This document shows positions 48,494 through 59,524 of a DNA stretch of 64,000 bases, piece after piece. Source of the DNA: an uncultured candidate division Zixibacteria bacterium (GTDB lineage Bacteria > Zixibacteria > MSB-5A5 > GN15 > FEB-12); assembly GCA_963664195.1 (NCBI GenBank), contig OY760907.1, positions 1,216,001-1,280,000 of the forward strand, in the 5' to 3' direction. The stretch's first letter is position 1. Each line of letters begins with the position of its first letter. The notes beneath the pieces are model-generated. The model saw only the letters and a list, made by a program, of their open reading frames with translations. It did not search any database and was not told the DNA's origin. The position numbers and the translations under genes are program-made.

Positions 48494-49297
48494 TCAGAAC
48501 TCTATCGCGTAGACCGGATATGACTCCTCTTCGACAAAACACAAACGCTTCGCCAGCTTCCTGGATGGCTCGTTGTGTTCGGTCGTCTCCCATATCGGAA
48601 GTTGCCCGTCTTCCAGACAGATATCCAGCAAAGCCACTCCGGCCGCCGTAGCGTACCCCCTGCCGCGGTCGTCATTGTCAAACGTGTTGACGTCGATCAT
48701 AAACTCCATCCCGTTCACGAACCCGTTCGACCGACACTCGGAAACCTTCCGATCACCAACCATCAGCTCGATCCCAAACGATGTCCGGCTTTTCATCTCT
48801 TCCGGCACAGACGAAACACCCTGCGCACGTTCCGGAAGTAGCGGCAAGTCAACCAGGCGTGTCGTCACTTCAGAAGGCATCGTGTAGACAGAACGAAACT
48901 CCTTGTATTCCTCTACGTCCCAGCAGAACACAGATTCAAAATGCCGCTCGGCCTCAAACTCCTTGAGACACGCGTCAAGCGTTGCCAGCCATTGTGGAGA
49001 ATTGGCGGCATAGATCTCAAACCAGTTCTGTTTCATCTGTTTTGAATCCGGCATCACCGTTTCCCGGATAAACTCCGGCGATTCCTCGAGAAACGATCGA
49101 TTGTGTGCGTCACCCTCTATATACGCCCATCGGCTTACCGCCCATACGAGCGCGGTTTGAGGCTGGCTGCGATCATCGACGAACACGCGCCCGGGGAAAT
49201 CATGATTGATCACCGCCAGAGCCGCGACATACTGCTTGTGCCCTTCAAACAGGTGGGCTACCACCGGAAACTCAGAAGTCGTTAGTTCATAAATCAT
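48494..49297 (-). CDS. GNAT family N-acetyltransferase
   Basis: RGRGYAT...NEPSRKLAKRL. Confidence 0.8.
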   Translation of the reverse strand: MIYELTTSEFPVVAHLFEGHKQYVAALAVINHDFPGRVFVDDRSQPQTALVWAVSRWAYIEGDAHNRSFLEESPEFIRETVMPDSKQMKQNWFEIYAANSPQWLATLDACLKEFEAERHFESVFCWDVEEYKEFRSVYTMPSEVTTRLVDLPLLPERAQGVSSVPEEMKSRTSFGIELMVGDRKVSECRSNGFVNGMEFMIDVNTFDNDDRGRGYATAAGVALLDICLEDGQLPIWETTEHNEPSRKLAKRLCFVEEESYPVYAIEF

Positions 49298-49348
49298 ATA
49301 TTGAGATACTCTCGTGCGAGTCGCATATTCAAGGACGCATCAACGACC

Positions 49349-49756
49349 CTAGAACACCAGTCGCATACCAAACTGGTTCACCGACTGCGGCTCGAAGGTC
49401 GCAATCACCCGCTGATAGTTCAACGACACAAAAGGCGTTATCGGTTTCACCAGCGACAACTCCACATAATGATCATCACTCAGGCCTGTCGTATAATCGA
49501 AATTGTAATCGGCAGTAAACTCGAGATTGAACGTCGTGAACAACTTGAAGCTGTTAATCATCACCAACTGAAGTGTCTCGCCACGATTAATACCGGCATC
49601 ATCGACGTTTTTGAAAAACGACACTTCGTTGGAAATCGGAAAAAACGCGAGTTTCCCGTCAGGGCTTTCCCAGGACGGAATGATTTGTGACTGTGCGGAC
49701 TCCGCACAGATTGCCAGCGATACTACCATGCAAACGAGCAAAACAAGCTTGCGCAT
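49349..49756 (-). CDS. Hypothetical exported (small beta-barrel-like) protein
   Basis: Signal peptide, alternating beta-strand pattern, terminal Phe and AAGGAGG RBS. Confidence 0.6.
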   Translation of the reverse strand: MRKLVLLVCMVVSLAICAESAQSQIIPSWESPDGKLAFFPISNEVSFFKNVDDAGINRGETLQLVMINSFKLFTTFNLEFTADYNFDYTTGLSDDHYVELSLVKPITPFVSLNYQRVIATFEPQSVNQFGMRLVF

Positions 49757-49928
49757 GTGAGCCTCCTTACGTTATGTTGTTTCAAATCGGCATTGTTGTC
49801 TTCCGGGGAATATACCTGTAAAGCGAGCCACACACAACGCGGTACTGTTGGAAATACGCTGTACTCACGACAGCAACCGGGAAAAAACAAGACCGTATTG
49901 AATCGTATTCCGGGAGGAGAGACTCGTC

Positions 49929-51974
49929 ATGCTGAAAAGAGTTCTGCCACAGCTAGTAATCGCATTCCTCATCGTTCTGATCCCGCTGAGTCTTCAGGCC
50001 AAGCGAAAGAAGAAGAAAGACAAAGCCGAGCACGATACGTTTGCATGGGAGGAAATCACCGATGCCGACTGGCAGGTACGTGACAGACCGCTTGCTGCCG
50101 ATGCCGACGCTGTGGTGATCTTTGAAAAGGTGGAAGTCGACCATCGGAAGACGGACTCTCTCAAGCAATCGGCCATGTACTACGTGCGCATCCGAATCCT
50201 GAACGCTGAGGGGCGGTCCCGGGCCGACGGTCTGACCTCCCCCTCATGGTCCAGTGAGTATGTCACCGATGTCCAGGGACGAACGATACTCCCTAACGGA
50301 GACATCTTCCCATTGACCGAAGAGAACATCCACAAGAAGACGGTCCTCAAGACGAAGGGCGCCAAGATATCGCAGACGTCGTTTTCGCTGCCCGGCGTCA
50401 CGGACGACTGTATCATCGAATACATGATCCTACTGGAGACTTTTGATCTGTCGGTGGCCTGGTTTGCCCAGAAGGATATCCCCCTCCTCTACGGCGAATT
50501 CACGTGGCTCTATTTCGACATAAATTCGCTGCCCTGGCGGCAACAGCAATGGCTGAGAAGTGCCGACTGGCGATTCGACCTCCAAAGCCCGGAGTATACC
50601 TGGCTGAACATCCGTGGCAAAAGTCCCCTGCGGGAGGTACAGGAAGACAGTTCGGTTGCCCTTGTCTTCAGGGTAAACGACGTACTTCCCTACGAGAGTG
50701 AATTTGCCTCTGCTCCGGACCAGACCCTGAGGGGCAGGCTTGTCTGCTACTACGGTTCCGATAAACCCGCACTGACTTTCTTTGCATCGTGGGGGGGCGG
50801 AATAGCGTACTTTGTGGACTCTGTCCTGTGCAAGGACGTCCGGAAACCTGCAGAGTTGGCAGCAGAACTCAAAGGAGAGACGAAACGGGAGAAGATCGAA
50901 GCTGCCTACCGGTGGGTCCGCGACAACATGGCAAACTACACATACGACTATTTCCCCGATCTGAACGACGAACGCCGGTCGACCGGACATGAGTACGACT
51001 GGAAACAGATCAGAGACCTCGACGATGCGATCAAACACAAGGAAGGATCACGAAGCATTCTCTGTGCATTGTTCCGGACAGTCCTCCGGGAGATGGGGAT
51101 CGACGCCCGGCTGGCGTACACAGTTGATCGCACTGGCGGATTGTTCGAGCGCAAAACCAAATACTGGCAGTTCGACCATGAACTCGTGGCCGTTTTCGAC
51201 AGTGCCGGTGAGGCTGCTTTCTACGCCCCCGGCGATCCGCGGCTGCTCCCCGGTCAACTGCCGTGGGGTGTGCAGGGGGTTCCCGCCCTTATTGAGGGAA
51301 ACGAAGGCAAGTTTGTCACCCCTCCCTTTGCACAGCCGGCGACCACGACGCAAGAAACCGCCTTCAGCTACACGATTTCTGATGATCTTGAAGTAACCGG
51401 CAAGTTGACAAACAAGACCACGGGAACCTTCGCCCGAGACTGGCGACTAGCGCTGCTCGGAGAAGAAACCAGTGAGGCCGTGTACTTCCAGGGAGCTTTC
51501 TCCGAGTTCTACGGCGACGCGCAGCTTGAATACGTAAGCTCGGAAGGAATAGACTCGATACGCCAACCCCTGACCGTTTCGTGCAAACTCTCATACCCGG
51601 AGCTTCAGACATCGGGTAGCCGTTTGCTGCTGAGACCGTGTCAATTCGCAAGCAAAGGCGACAACCCGTTCACATCCGATCAGCGCAAGAACGACATCTG
51701 GTTCCAGAGCGCATACGTAACAAGAGACTCGCTGGAGTTCCAACTTCCGACCGAATGGGAAGTCGCAGCGCTTCCGCCCGATACGACATTTGAAAACCGA
51801 GTGGGACGCTGCGAAGTCCAGTTTGCTTACGAAGGCAGTATGCTTCGAGTGACAAGAGCGTTTACCCTAAACTCTCCCTACTGGACCGCAGAAGATTACG
51901 CCGACATACAGACACTCTTCCAGGCTCGGCGGACACTGGCTGAATCGATAGTGGTACTGGAACAGACAAACTGA
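49929..51974 (+). CDS. DUF3857 + transglutaminase-like domain exported protein
   Basis: ADAVVIFE, RIRILNAEG, LPGVTDDCIIEY, AYRWVRDN and QFDHELV. Confidence 0.8.
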   Translation: MLKRVLPQLVIAFLIVLIPLSLQAKRKKKKDKAEHDTFAWEEITDADWQVRDRPLAADADAVVIFEKVEVDHRKTDSLKQSAMYYVRIRILNAEGRSRADGLTSPSWSSEYVTDVQGRTILPNGDIFPLTEENIHKKTVLKTKGAKISQTSFSLPGVTDDCIIEYMILLETFDLSVAWFAQKDIPLLYGEFTWLYFDINSLPWRQQQWLRSADWRFDLQSPEYTWLNIRGKSPLREVQEDSSVALVFRVNDVLPYESEFASAPDQTLRGRLVCYYGSDKPALTFFASWGGGIAYFVDSVLCKDVRKPAELAAELKGETKREKIEAAYRWVRDNMANYTYDYFPDLNDERRSTGHEYDWKQIRDLDDAIKHKEGSRSILCALFRTVLREMGIDARLAYTVDRTGGLFERKTKYWQFDHELVAVFDSAGEAAFYAPGDPRLLPGQLPWGVQGVPALIEGNEGKFVTPPFAQPATTTQETAFSYTISDDLEVTGKLTNKTTGTFARDWRLALLGEETSEAVYFQGAFSEFYGDAQLEYVSSEGIDSIRQPLTVSCKLSYPELQTSGSRLLLRPCQFASKGDNPFTSDQRKNDIWFQSAYVTRDSLEFQLPTEWEVAALPPDTTFENRVGRCEVQFAYEGSMLRVTRAFTLNSPYWTAEDYADIQTLFQARRTLAESIVVLEQTN

Positions 51975-51984
51975 CAGATCGAAC

Positions 51985-52722
51985 ATGTCAAAACAAAACA
52001 TCTACGACAACCCGGAGTTCTACGACGGTTACCGCAAACTCCGTGAGCGGGAACGAAACTACAACAACATGTTCGAGCAGCCGTATCTGCGATCTCTTCT
52101 TCCTCCCCTGGAAGGACTCCGGGTACTTGATCTCGGATGCGGATCAGGGCCGCTCTGCCGGTATCTTGCCTCGCAGGGCGCGGTGTCGGTCGCAGGCGTC
52201 GACATCTCCGAGAAGATGCTCTCCGACGCACAGAATCACCCGGGTCACCGGCAGGAGATTGTATCCTACTCTCACTGTCCCATGGAGGATTTCGAGCCTG
52301 AAGGTATGACCTTTGATCTGGTCGTCAGTTCGCTGGCTATTCAATACGTCGAGGACTATGAGGCACTGATCGCCAATATTGGCCGATCGCTCACTGGCGG
52401 AGGTCGACTTGTGTTCTCGATTGAGCATCCCATGATGACCGGGTCACCGGAAGCATGGGTCAAAGACAAAGACGGCAACAAGGTGCATTGGCCGGTGGAT
52501 CAGTATTCAATCGAAGGCTCCCGTGAACGGCACTGGTTTGTCGATGGCGTCATCAAGTATCATCGTCGACTGGACACAACCGTCAACACGCTGATAGAGA
52601 ATGGCCTGACAATTGAGAGATTACTTGAACCGGTGCCAACCGATGAAGAAGTCGAAAACTACCCATCGCTGATCGACGAGCGCGTTCGCCCCGCGTTTCT
52701 GTTCGTGAAGTGCCGGAAGTAG
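51985..52722 (+). CDS. Class I SAM-dependent methyltransferase
   Basis: QNIYDN, VLDLGCGSG and FSIEHP. Confidence 0.9.
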   Translation: MSKQNIYDNPEFYDGYRKLRERERNYNNMFEQPYLRSLLPPLEGLRVLDLGCGSGPLCRYLASQGAVSVAGVDISEKMLSDAQNHPGHRQEIVSYSHCPMEDFEPEGMTFDLVVSSLAIQYVEDYEALIANIGRSLTGGGRLVFSIEHPMMTGSPEAWVKDKDGNKVHWPVDQYSIEGSRERHWFVDGVIKYHRRLDTTVNTLIENGLTIERLLEPVPTDEEVENYPSLIDERVRPAFLFVKCRK

Positions 52723-52726
52723 ACGG

Positions 52727-53788
52727 CTACGATTCCGGTCTCGCATAGCTATCGACAAACTCGTCGGTCAGGAAATCTCTGAGCGTCACCAGTACAGACC
52801 GATTGCGATATCCGAGTTCCATCCGCGCCTTCCGCGATGAATACGCCCAATCGTAATCAAGCATCTTCACGAGGTCAGGATAAAACGACACCTTCCCTTT
52901 GTTCGTCAGCCTTGCCCACATCACAGAGAGTCTTGCCAGCAGATTCAGCAGCGGTCGCGGCGGCGTTACAAGATGCGGTATCTTCTTGAGGAGTATCGAC
53001 GCATTGAGCATCAACTCCCGCACACTTATGTTGTCCCCGCCCATGATATATCTTTCGCCCGGCCTGCCTCTCTCGGCCGCAGCCAGAATGCCCGGCGCGA
53101 GGTCACGAACATCGACCAGATTCAGACGGTTCGGATAATCCGGCACGAACATATGACTGAATCGTTTGGTCCAACACTCACGGTCGCTTGAGGTCTCTGA
53201 GGGAGCAATGATCACTGACGGATTCACAATCACCAGCTCCGGTCCGCCCTCGGCTGCCAGCTCCAGCAGCTCTGTCTCAGCGGCCTGTTTGCTCATGATG
53301 TACGGGATCTTCAGATTGTTGAGATTGAATTCCCAGATCTCGTTGAGCCGTCGCGGCGTTTCATGTGACGCCAGATCGTTGCGACGCGGTACCGCGCCGA
53401 TAGCGGCCACGGTCGATATGTGGACAAATCGTTTCACTCCTGCCGCTTTCGCAACCCGATACAACTCAAGCGCCCCGATAGTATTCGTCCCGGTGAATTG
53501 CGTCAGACGATCCCCCCGAAAATCAACCCAGGCCGCCGTGTGAATGACAATATCAACGCCCTGCACCAGCGTTGCCAGCTCCGGTCGTATGCGAAGATCT
53601 GCCTGACGCTTCTCCAGGCTGTGAGAATCAATGAAGGTAGTGTCCGAGGACTCCCGCACGTGCGCCACGGGCTTGATGCCGCGTTTGAGTAGTTCGTAAA
53701 CCAACTGCTTACCGAGCGATCCCGACGCACCGGTAATCAGCACGCGTGATTGCGTCAGGTCATGCGTATTCGATGTGATTGTGCCCAT
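52727..53788 (-). CDS. NAD-dependent epimerase/dehydratase (HpnA-like)
   Basis: LITGASGSLG and YIMSK (YxxxK). Confidence 0.85.
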   Translation of the reverse strand: MGTITSNTHDLTQSRVLITGASGSLGKQLVYELLKRGIKPVAHVRESSDTTFIDSHSLEKRQADLRIRPELATLVQGVDIVIHTAAWVDFRGDRLTQFTGTNTIGALELYRVAKAAGVKRFVHISTVAAIGAVPRRNDLASHETPRRLNEIWEFNLNNLKIPYIMSKQAAETELLELAAEGGPELVIVNPSVIIAPSETSSDRECWTKRFSHMFVPDYPNRLNLVDVRDLAPGILAAAERGRPGERYIMGGDNISVRELMLNASILLKKIPHLVTPPRPLLNLLARLSVMWARLTNKGKVSFYPDLVKMLDYDWAYSSRKARMELGYRNRSVLVTLRDFLTDEFVDSYARPES

Positions 53789-53802
53789 CGCGGACAACCC
53801 CC

Positions 53803-54969
53803 TCACCTATCCAGCACCGCAATCAATCGGTCAATGTCCGACTTGTCGTTGAACAAGTGCACCGAAACACGAATCGAACCCTCTCGATTCACCAGGATAA
53901 TCTTGTCATCGAGAATCCGACGGTGCAGGGTCGCCACCGCGTTTTTCGACTCATCGGTTGTCGTAAAAGTCAGTATAGACGAGCGGTGTTTCGGTTCCAT
54001 CGATGACGTTATCCGGTACTTCGAACTCCCCTTGATATACTCCGCCAGCCGATCAAGCAGCGTGTGGTTGTGTCGCTGAATACCCGCAATCCCCAAATCC
54101 TGAAACAGCTTCACCGAGGCCGTCATACCCATAAGGTTAAGGGTCGAGGAAAATCCCATCTCAAACCGTCGCGAGGAATCAAACAGATCACGGTCGTAAT
54201 AGAACAGGTCGCTGAAATTCCCCTTCCAGTCCACTCCCAGCCAACTCATAAACGGCGGCACAATCCTGTCCCGCACTTCATCGGACACGTAGAAGAAACT
54301 GCACCCCTGCGGAGCCAACAGCCATTTGTGACAGCCCGCGGTAAAGACGTCGATACCCAGCTTCCGCACATTGATCGGCTCCACCCCCATCCCCTGGATA
54401 CCGTCGATTATGAGATAGATCCCGTGCTCTTTGCAGATTGCGGAAATCGTCTTCAGATCGTTTTTGAACCCATTGAAAAACTGCACGTACGACAGCGCGA
54501 GCACTTTCGTACGTTTGCCAATCTGCTTCTGAAGCTCGTCGATATTGAAGAACCGATTCTTCGATTTCAGATACCTCAGCCTCAATCCGCGCGACTCCGT
54601 CGCCGCTCGCCACACGTACGGCAGCGCCGGGAACTCGACATCGGAGAGCAGTACTTCATCTCCGCGCTTCAACGGCAGTCCGTACGCCGCAAGGTTCAAT
54701 GCAAACGAGGTGTTCATCCCCAGCCCGACCGTCCGTTTTGGCGCGCCGATTAGTTTGGCGTAGTCACCGCGAAGTTTCTCCGCCACGACAAATGCCTGAT
54801 GCGAGTCATCCCGTTCGGCCGCCAGCCGCTGATCCAGACTGGCACGCACCGCGTCGTGCACCGGCGTGCAGAACGGACCTGAGGACGCCGAATTAAAATA
54901 GACAATCTTGCCCGCATGCGGAAACAGGTCTCGGGCTTTTTTGAATCTTCCAGAAATGTCCTTAGTCAT
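53803..54969 (-). CDS. Aminotransferase class V / cysteine desulfurase-like PLP enzyme
   Basis: YFNSAS, DGIQ, GCHKWLLAP and IRVSVHLFN. Confidence 0.9.
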   Translation of the reverse strand: MTKDISGRFKKARDLFPHAGKIVYFNSASSGPFCTPVHDAVRASLDQRLAAERDDSHQAFVVAEKLRGDYAKLIGAPKRTVGLGMNTSFALNLAAYGLPLKRGDEVLLSDVEFPALPYVWRAATESRGLRLRYLKSKNRFFNIDELQKQIGKRTKVLALSYVQFFNGFKNDLKTISAICKEHGIYLIIDGIQGMGVEPINVRKLGIDVFTAGCHKWLLAPQGCSFFYVSDEVRDRIVPPFMSWLGVDWKGNFSDLFYYDRDLFDSSRRFEMGFSSTLNLMGMTASVKLFQDLGIAGIQRHNHTLLDRLAEYIKGSSKYRITSSMEPKHRSSILTFTTTDESKNAVATLHRRILDDKIILVNREGSIRVSVHLFNDKSDIDRLIAVLDR

Positions 54970-54979
54970 AGCTCTCTCA

Positions 54980-55408
54980 TCAAAGACTATAGAGGAAACC
55001 GATTACGGCCATGCAGCCACCCAGTTTGAGCAACAGCGACAACATGACAAACAACAGATATGGCATCGGAAGTTTCACTCGCACCGAAAGACCCATCAGC
55101 GCCGGTGCCGCTCCCAGCGCAAAGGCAAACAACGCTGCAGCCAATCCGGCGCGGACGCCTGAAAACGGCATAACATAATAGAAAAAGCTGTATACAATCG
55201 AGGGAATCACAACATAGAATAGTGATTCCATTAGAAAGTTCACCAACACCGCCGCAGCCCCGGAAGATTCAATCATCTCCTCCGGCACACCGGCTGTTAA
55301 TTTCAACCGACGCTCGGCGAAGTCCAGCACGAAGGACAACACCAACAGATAGAGACCGCTGGCCAGAACGCAATACATCAAGAGTCGAATCGAAATCATT
55401 ACAGCCAT
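54980..55408 (-). CDS. Hypothetical membrane protein
   Basis: About four hydrophobic segments; fills the operon gap. Confidence 0.6.
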   Translation of the reverse strand: MAVMISIRLLMYCVLASGLYLLVLSFVLDFAERRLKLTAGVPEEMIESSGAAAVLVNFLMESLFYVVIPSIVYSFFYYVMPFSGVRAGLAAALFAFALGAAPALMGLSVRVKLPMPYLLFVMLSLLLKLGGCMAVIGFLYSL

Positions 55409-56388
55409 CCCTCAGCACGATACCATTCGTAAGTCTGCTTCACTCCCACCGCAAACGGAATCTGTGAAACAAACCCAAGTTCTTCTTTCGCACGGGAGAT
55501 GTCGATCTCCCACGAAGCCAGCAGTTCGCGCGTTTTCTCACGAGTCAGCATCGGCGTCGCCCCGACCGCCTTGAAGCAGAACTCGGAGACCGCTGCAATC
55601 AGCTTGAACAGCGCCCCCGGTATCACCAGGGAAATGACGGTCTTTCCGCTGCCCGCGACGACGTCCGCAATCATTGCTTTCATCGAATACGACTCTCGCT
55701 CGGCAATGAAATATACCGCTCCAGACTTGGTCTCTGCCGTGACCGCTCTGAAAAACCCGAGACAGAGATCATCAACATGCACCAATTGCAGACGCCGGCT
55801 CATGCTGCCAATCTGCGGTCGAATATGATTATTCACCGCCTGAAAAAGCGCAAACAATTCTTTGTCTCCGGGGCCGTAAACACCCGGCGGACGAACTGCA
55901 ACTACATTGAGCCGATCCGCGTACGATAGGAGCTTCTTCTCACCGGCCAGCTTCGACTCACCGTAGGTCGTCAGCGGTCCCGGAGGATCTGATTCGCGTC
56001 TCGGGCAGCCCGGCTCCGAAGGTCCCGCCGCGGCCAGCGAAGAGGTCAACACCAGTTTTTTCACCTGTGGGTTGTGCTTCAGCAGGGCTTCGCACAGGTT
56101 CGCCGTGCCCGTCTCGTTGACGGCAAAAAACGTCTCGCACTTTTTGGCTTTCACCACGCCGGCGTTGTGAATGACGTAATCCACCCCGGTCACCATCTCC
56201 GGAAGACTGTCCGGGTTAGTAACATCACCGTAGCGATACTCCAGATCGAGACCGCCAAGCAGCTTCAGATCCGCGCTTTTTCGCACCCCGGCAACAACAT
56301 GATAACCCTCGTCGGCAAACTTCCGACACAGGCGCGAGCCTACGAATCCGTTGGCTCCGGTTATGAGAATGGAGGCGTTGTTTGACAC
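55399..56388 (-). CDS. NAD-dependent epimerase/dehydratase
   Basis: ITGANGFVG, YGESK and VYGPGD; probable GTG start at 56388. Confidence 0.88.
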   Translation of the reverse strand: MSNNASILITGANGFVGSRLCRKFADEGYHVVAGVRKSADLKLLGGLDLEYRYGDVTNPDSLPEMVTGVDYVIHNAGVVKAKKCETFFAVNETGTANLCEALLKHNPQVKKLVLTSSLAAAGPSEPGCPRRESDPPGPLTTYGESKLAGEKKLLSYADRLNVVAVRPPGVYGPGDKELFALFQAVNNHIRPQIGSMSRRLQLVHVDDLCLGFFRAVTAETKSGAVYFIAERESYSMKAMIADVVAGSGKTVISLVIPGALFKLIAAVSEFCFKAVGATPMLTREKTRELLASWEIDISRAKEELGFVSQIPFAVGVKQTYEWYRAEGWL

Positions 56389-56447
56389 GGTCAGAATGTA
56401 GTACATTGACCGACCGTTCTCAAGCAGTTATCAGTCGGATTCCACTC

Positions 56448-57902
56448 CTAGAAAATCGTCGCGGTGAAACTATACACCTCGGCGTACTTGTCCTTGTAGC
56501 TTTCCTTCGGAAGTCCGGCTTTCAGGCAGGTTTGTTCAAGGAACTCCACCGGTCCCCAGCCGTGATCGGTAGCCACCTGCGGCAGAAGCAGGCCGGAGTG
56601 CATATCCAGCTTGATCATCAGGCCGTGCGTGCCGACCTTGATCTTCGAGAAGTCGTGCACACGCTCAAGATGCGACAACACAGATATTTCGTAGTCGAGT
56701 TTCTCGTATTCGTCCTTGCTGAGCGTCGGGAATCTCGGGTCCTCAAATGCCGCCGCCACGGCCAGTTCAGCCACAGCCTCGCAGATCGGCTGACGGGCCT
56801 GCACGCGCCCTATGCACCCGCGAAGTTCCCCGCCAATTTCCAGCGTCACAAACAACCCGTGCTTGACGCTGTCCAGAGACTCGACTGGCTCCGGTTCATA
56901 CTTCTTGCCGTCAAGGTGCGCGGCAATCGACTCACGCGCTATCCGCAGCAATAGTTCCTTGTCTTCATCCGTTAGATTGACAGAGCCAAAACGAGCCGGG
57001 ACGGTTCCGAACAGCGATTTGTCCGGCTCGACCACAGGCGCCTGATACGCCTCACCTGCCACCATCGCCGCCGACAGATACCCGACCACTTCGCTGAAAT
57101 CGCCGGTAGTTGATCCCGATGTATTATAATCGAGGAACTTGATCTCTTTACTTCCGAGACGTTTCGCGGCAAACATCGCCGCCGACACCGGACCTCCCCC
57201 GCAGGCCTCTCCCTTGCCACAGCCGAGCGTATCCATCAACAGGTCCGGATCGTACTTCTCGATTGCCTCGCGAACCTGATTATCCAACCGTCGTGCTTCT
57301 TTTTCCTGATGGAAATGCGAGAGATCGGTCGATGCAACTATCAGCGAGTTGGTCCCTTTGAGCGCTGCCGCCAACGTCTCGCCAAGCGCCTGTATCGAGG
57401 CTTCTTCCTGATCCCCCATGACAACCGCCACTAACTTGAATTTGCCCAGCACAACCTGCAGGAACGGCAACTGAACTTCCAGCGCGTGTTCCCCACGGGT
57501 TGACCCGGTCGCGTGCCCCATGCCGGAGAAATACACCAGCGGGTGAATCCCGGCCATTTTCTCAGATAGCTCACGGTCAGTCTCTACAATGCCAAGCGGC
57601 GTTTCGTAACCACCCCCCTCATAGACGGAACAGCCCTGGAAAAAGACCCGATGCGAAGGGGAAACCACCACAACCGTATCGTATTCTTCACCCTCAAGCA
57701 GCTTGTAGGCCTTCGCCGCCACTTTGCCCGAGTAAGGATACCCGGCATGCGGAGCGATGAGTCCTATCGGACGGTGCCCGATTGTGACCTTGTCCACCTC
57801 GGCAAACATGCCGGCGATGGTCTTGGCCAGTTCCGAGGCTTCCCCCGGGTAGAAGGTTCCGGCCACAGCGGGTTTACGTATATTGGTCGCTTCGTTTTCC
57901 AT
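56448..57902 (-). CDS. amrB: AmmeMemoRadiSam protein B (MEMO1) fused to protein A (AMMECR1)
   Basis: RKPAVAGTFYP, PHAGY, EHALEVQLPF and STDLSH, followed by LRGCIG, DPRF and GLLLPQV. Confidence 0.92.
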   Translation of the reverse strand: MENEATNIRKPAVAGTFYPGEASELAKTIAGMFAEVDKVTIGHRPIGLIAPHAGYPYSGKVAAKAYKLLEGEEYDTVVVVSPSHRVFFQGCSVYEGGGYETPLGIVETDRELSEKMAGIHPLVYFSGMGHATGSTRGEHALEVQLPFLQVVLGKFKLVAVVMGDQEEASIQALGETLAAALKGTNSLIVASTDLSHFHQEKEARRLDNQVREAIEKYDPDLLMDTLGCGKGEACGGGPVSAAMFAAKRLGSKEIKFLDYNTSGSTTGDFSEVVGYLSAAMVAGEAYQAPVVEPDKSLFGTVPARFGSVNLTDEDKELLLRIARESIAAHLDGKKYEPEPVESLDSVKHGLFVTLEIGGELRGCIGRVQARQPICEAVAELAVAAAFEDPRFPTLSKDEYEKLDYEISVLSHLERVHDFSKIKVGTHGLMIKLDMHSGLLLPQVATDHGWGPVEFLEQTCLKAGLPKESYKDKYAEVYSFTATIF

Positions 57903-58060
57903 CTCAAACCTCTGATTATCGTTCCTGACGGCAAGGTATTGTTCTCAACCCCGGAAGTCAATTCAGCATTTGAGTAGGGTGCCAGCGGACAATTGACAGA
58001 CCCGTTAAACCGCACTACCTTAAGATCACCACAACCACCAAAGAAATAGCGGAGACGCAC

Positions 58061-58465
58061 ATGAAACCGAGTACAATCACGGCGACCCTTGGAACCCTGT
58101 TAATCGCAATCGGATTGTTTTTCATCTTCAGGTCCGGCTTTTACATGGGGGCAACCCCGGCCGTGGTCATCGGTGCCGCTTTGCTGTTTCTGGCGTTCAA
58201 GGGGGGACGTGTCGCCACCCTGGTGTTTGGTCATGTCTGCATCCTCAACGGCGCGTTTCTGATCACCTGGGGTCTCCTGTTGCTACCGCATTCGCAGCCG
58301 GTAATCCTGCACGTATTTGGACGACCGTTGTTCTGGGGGATATTCTCTCTAATGGGCGGCGTCTGTGCGATCTTCCACGGTTTCTGTCATTGCGTCACGC
58401 GCCAGGTCGACAAGTTTGAGAACGGCGAGCCGGTCAAGACGGGGCATTGCCAGCAGGGGCATTGA
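58061..58465 (+). CDS. Hypothetical membrane protein with C-terminal HGFCHC motif
   Basis: Four hydrophobic segments and GGAG RBS. Confidence 0.65.
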   Translation: MKPSTITATLGTLLIAIGLFFIFRSGFYMGATPAVVIGAALLFLAFKGGRVATLVFGHVCILNGAFLITWGLLLLPHSQPVILHVFGRPLFWGIFSLMGGVCAIFHGFCHCVTRQVDKFENGEPVKTGHCQQGH

Positions 58466-58494
58466 GCAGGGAATATCTCCAATGGTGACAAGAA

Positions 58495-58518
58495 CAGCCC
58501 GCCACTAGTGACGGGCTG
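58495..58518. terminator. Hairpin between convergent genes
   Basis: Imperfect inverted repeat CAGCCCGCCAC/GTGACGGGCTG. Confidence 0.45.
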
Positions 58519-58551
58519 CTATCGATTCCAATCGCGTCCCTGCGATCAGTC

Positions 58552-59502
58552 TCAGGAACTGAGTTCCGCTATCTGCGGCTTCTTCTCTTCGGCATTGCCG
58601 CCCGGCGTGATCCCCTCCACCATCGCCGCCAGCGAGGAAATCATCCCGCTCGCCTCATACGGCATGAAGATCTTGCTTGCCTTGCCGTCGGCTAACCGCG
58701 GAAGCATCTCGAGATATTTCAGCGTGATTAGCTTCTCGTTCGGCTTACCTTTGTGAATCGCGCCGAAAACGTTCTCGATCGCTTGCGCTTCACCCTCGGC
58801 CACCGCTATTTGGCGATACTTCTCGGCATCGGCTCTCTTTTTCACCGCCTCCGCCGCACCCTCCGCCTCAAGGATCTGCGACTGCTTGGAGCCTTCGGCC
58901 TTGGTGATATTCGCCTGACGGATCGCCTCGGCATCGAGAATCGCCGCTCTCTTGTCACGTTCCGCCTTCATCTGGCGGCTCATGGCGTCCGTGATGTCTC
59001 CCGGCGGGTCAATCCGTTGAAGCTCGATCCGGTTCACCTTGACTCCCCACTTGTCCGTGGCGGCGTCCATGACATCGCGGAGCTGCGCGTTGATTTGATC
59101 GCGCGAAGACAAACAGGCGTCGAGCACCAACTCGCCGATGACGTTACGAAGGTTCGTCTGGGCCAGTTTGGTCGAGGCTATAATATAGTTAGTGATTTCA
59201 TAGGTAGAACGGAACGGGTCGGTCACCTGGATGTAAATAATCGCATCCACTTCCACCCCGACATTGTCCGCCGTGATGACCAACTGCGCCGGGACATCGA
59301 TAACTACCTCGCGCATATCCACTTTGGACACATTGTCGAAAAACGGAATGATCACGTTCAGTCCGGGATCGAGCACACGCTGGAATTTCCCCAGCCGCTC
59401 CACCAGACCCTTTTCAAACGGCCGTACAATGCGTACCGACAACAGTCCCAGCGCTCCGGCGAGGCCGACCAATACGATTACGAGTATACCTGAACCATCC
59501 AT
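58552..59502 (-). CDS. SPFH/band 7 (QmcA/stomatin-like) protein
   Basis: VERLGK, PGLNVIIP, ITADN and RQMKAERDKRA. Confidence 0.93.
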   Translation of the reverse strand: MDGSGILVIVLVGLAGALGLLSVRIVRPFEKGLVERLGKFQRVLDPGLNVIIPFFDNVSKVDMREVVIDVPAQLVITADNVGVEVDAIIYIQVTDPFRSTYEITNYIIASTKLAQTNLRNVIGELVLDACLSSRDQINAQLRDVMDAATDKWGVKVNRIELQRIDPPGDITDAMSRQMKAERDKRAAILDAEAIRQANITKAEGSKQSQILEAEGAAEAVKKRADAEKYRQIAVAEGEAQAIENVFGAIHKGKPNEKLITLKYLEMLPRLADGKASKIFMPYEASGMISSLAAMVEGITPGGNAEEKKPQIAELSS

Positions 59503-59524
59503 CGCTCTATCCTTTCAGCTTCAT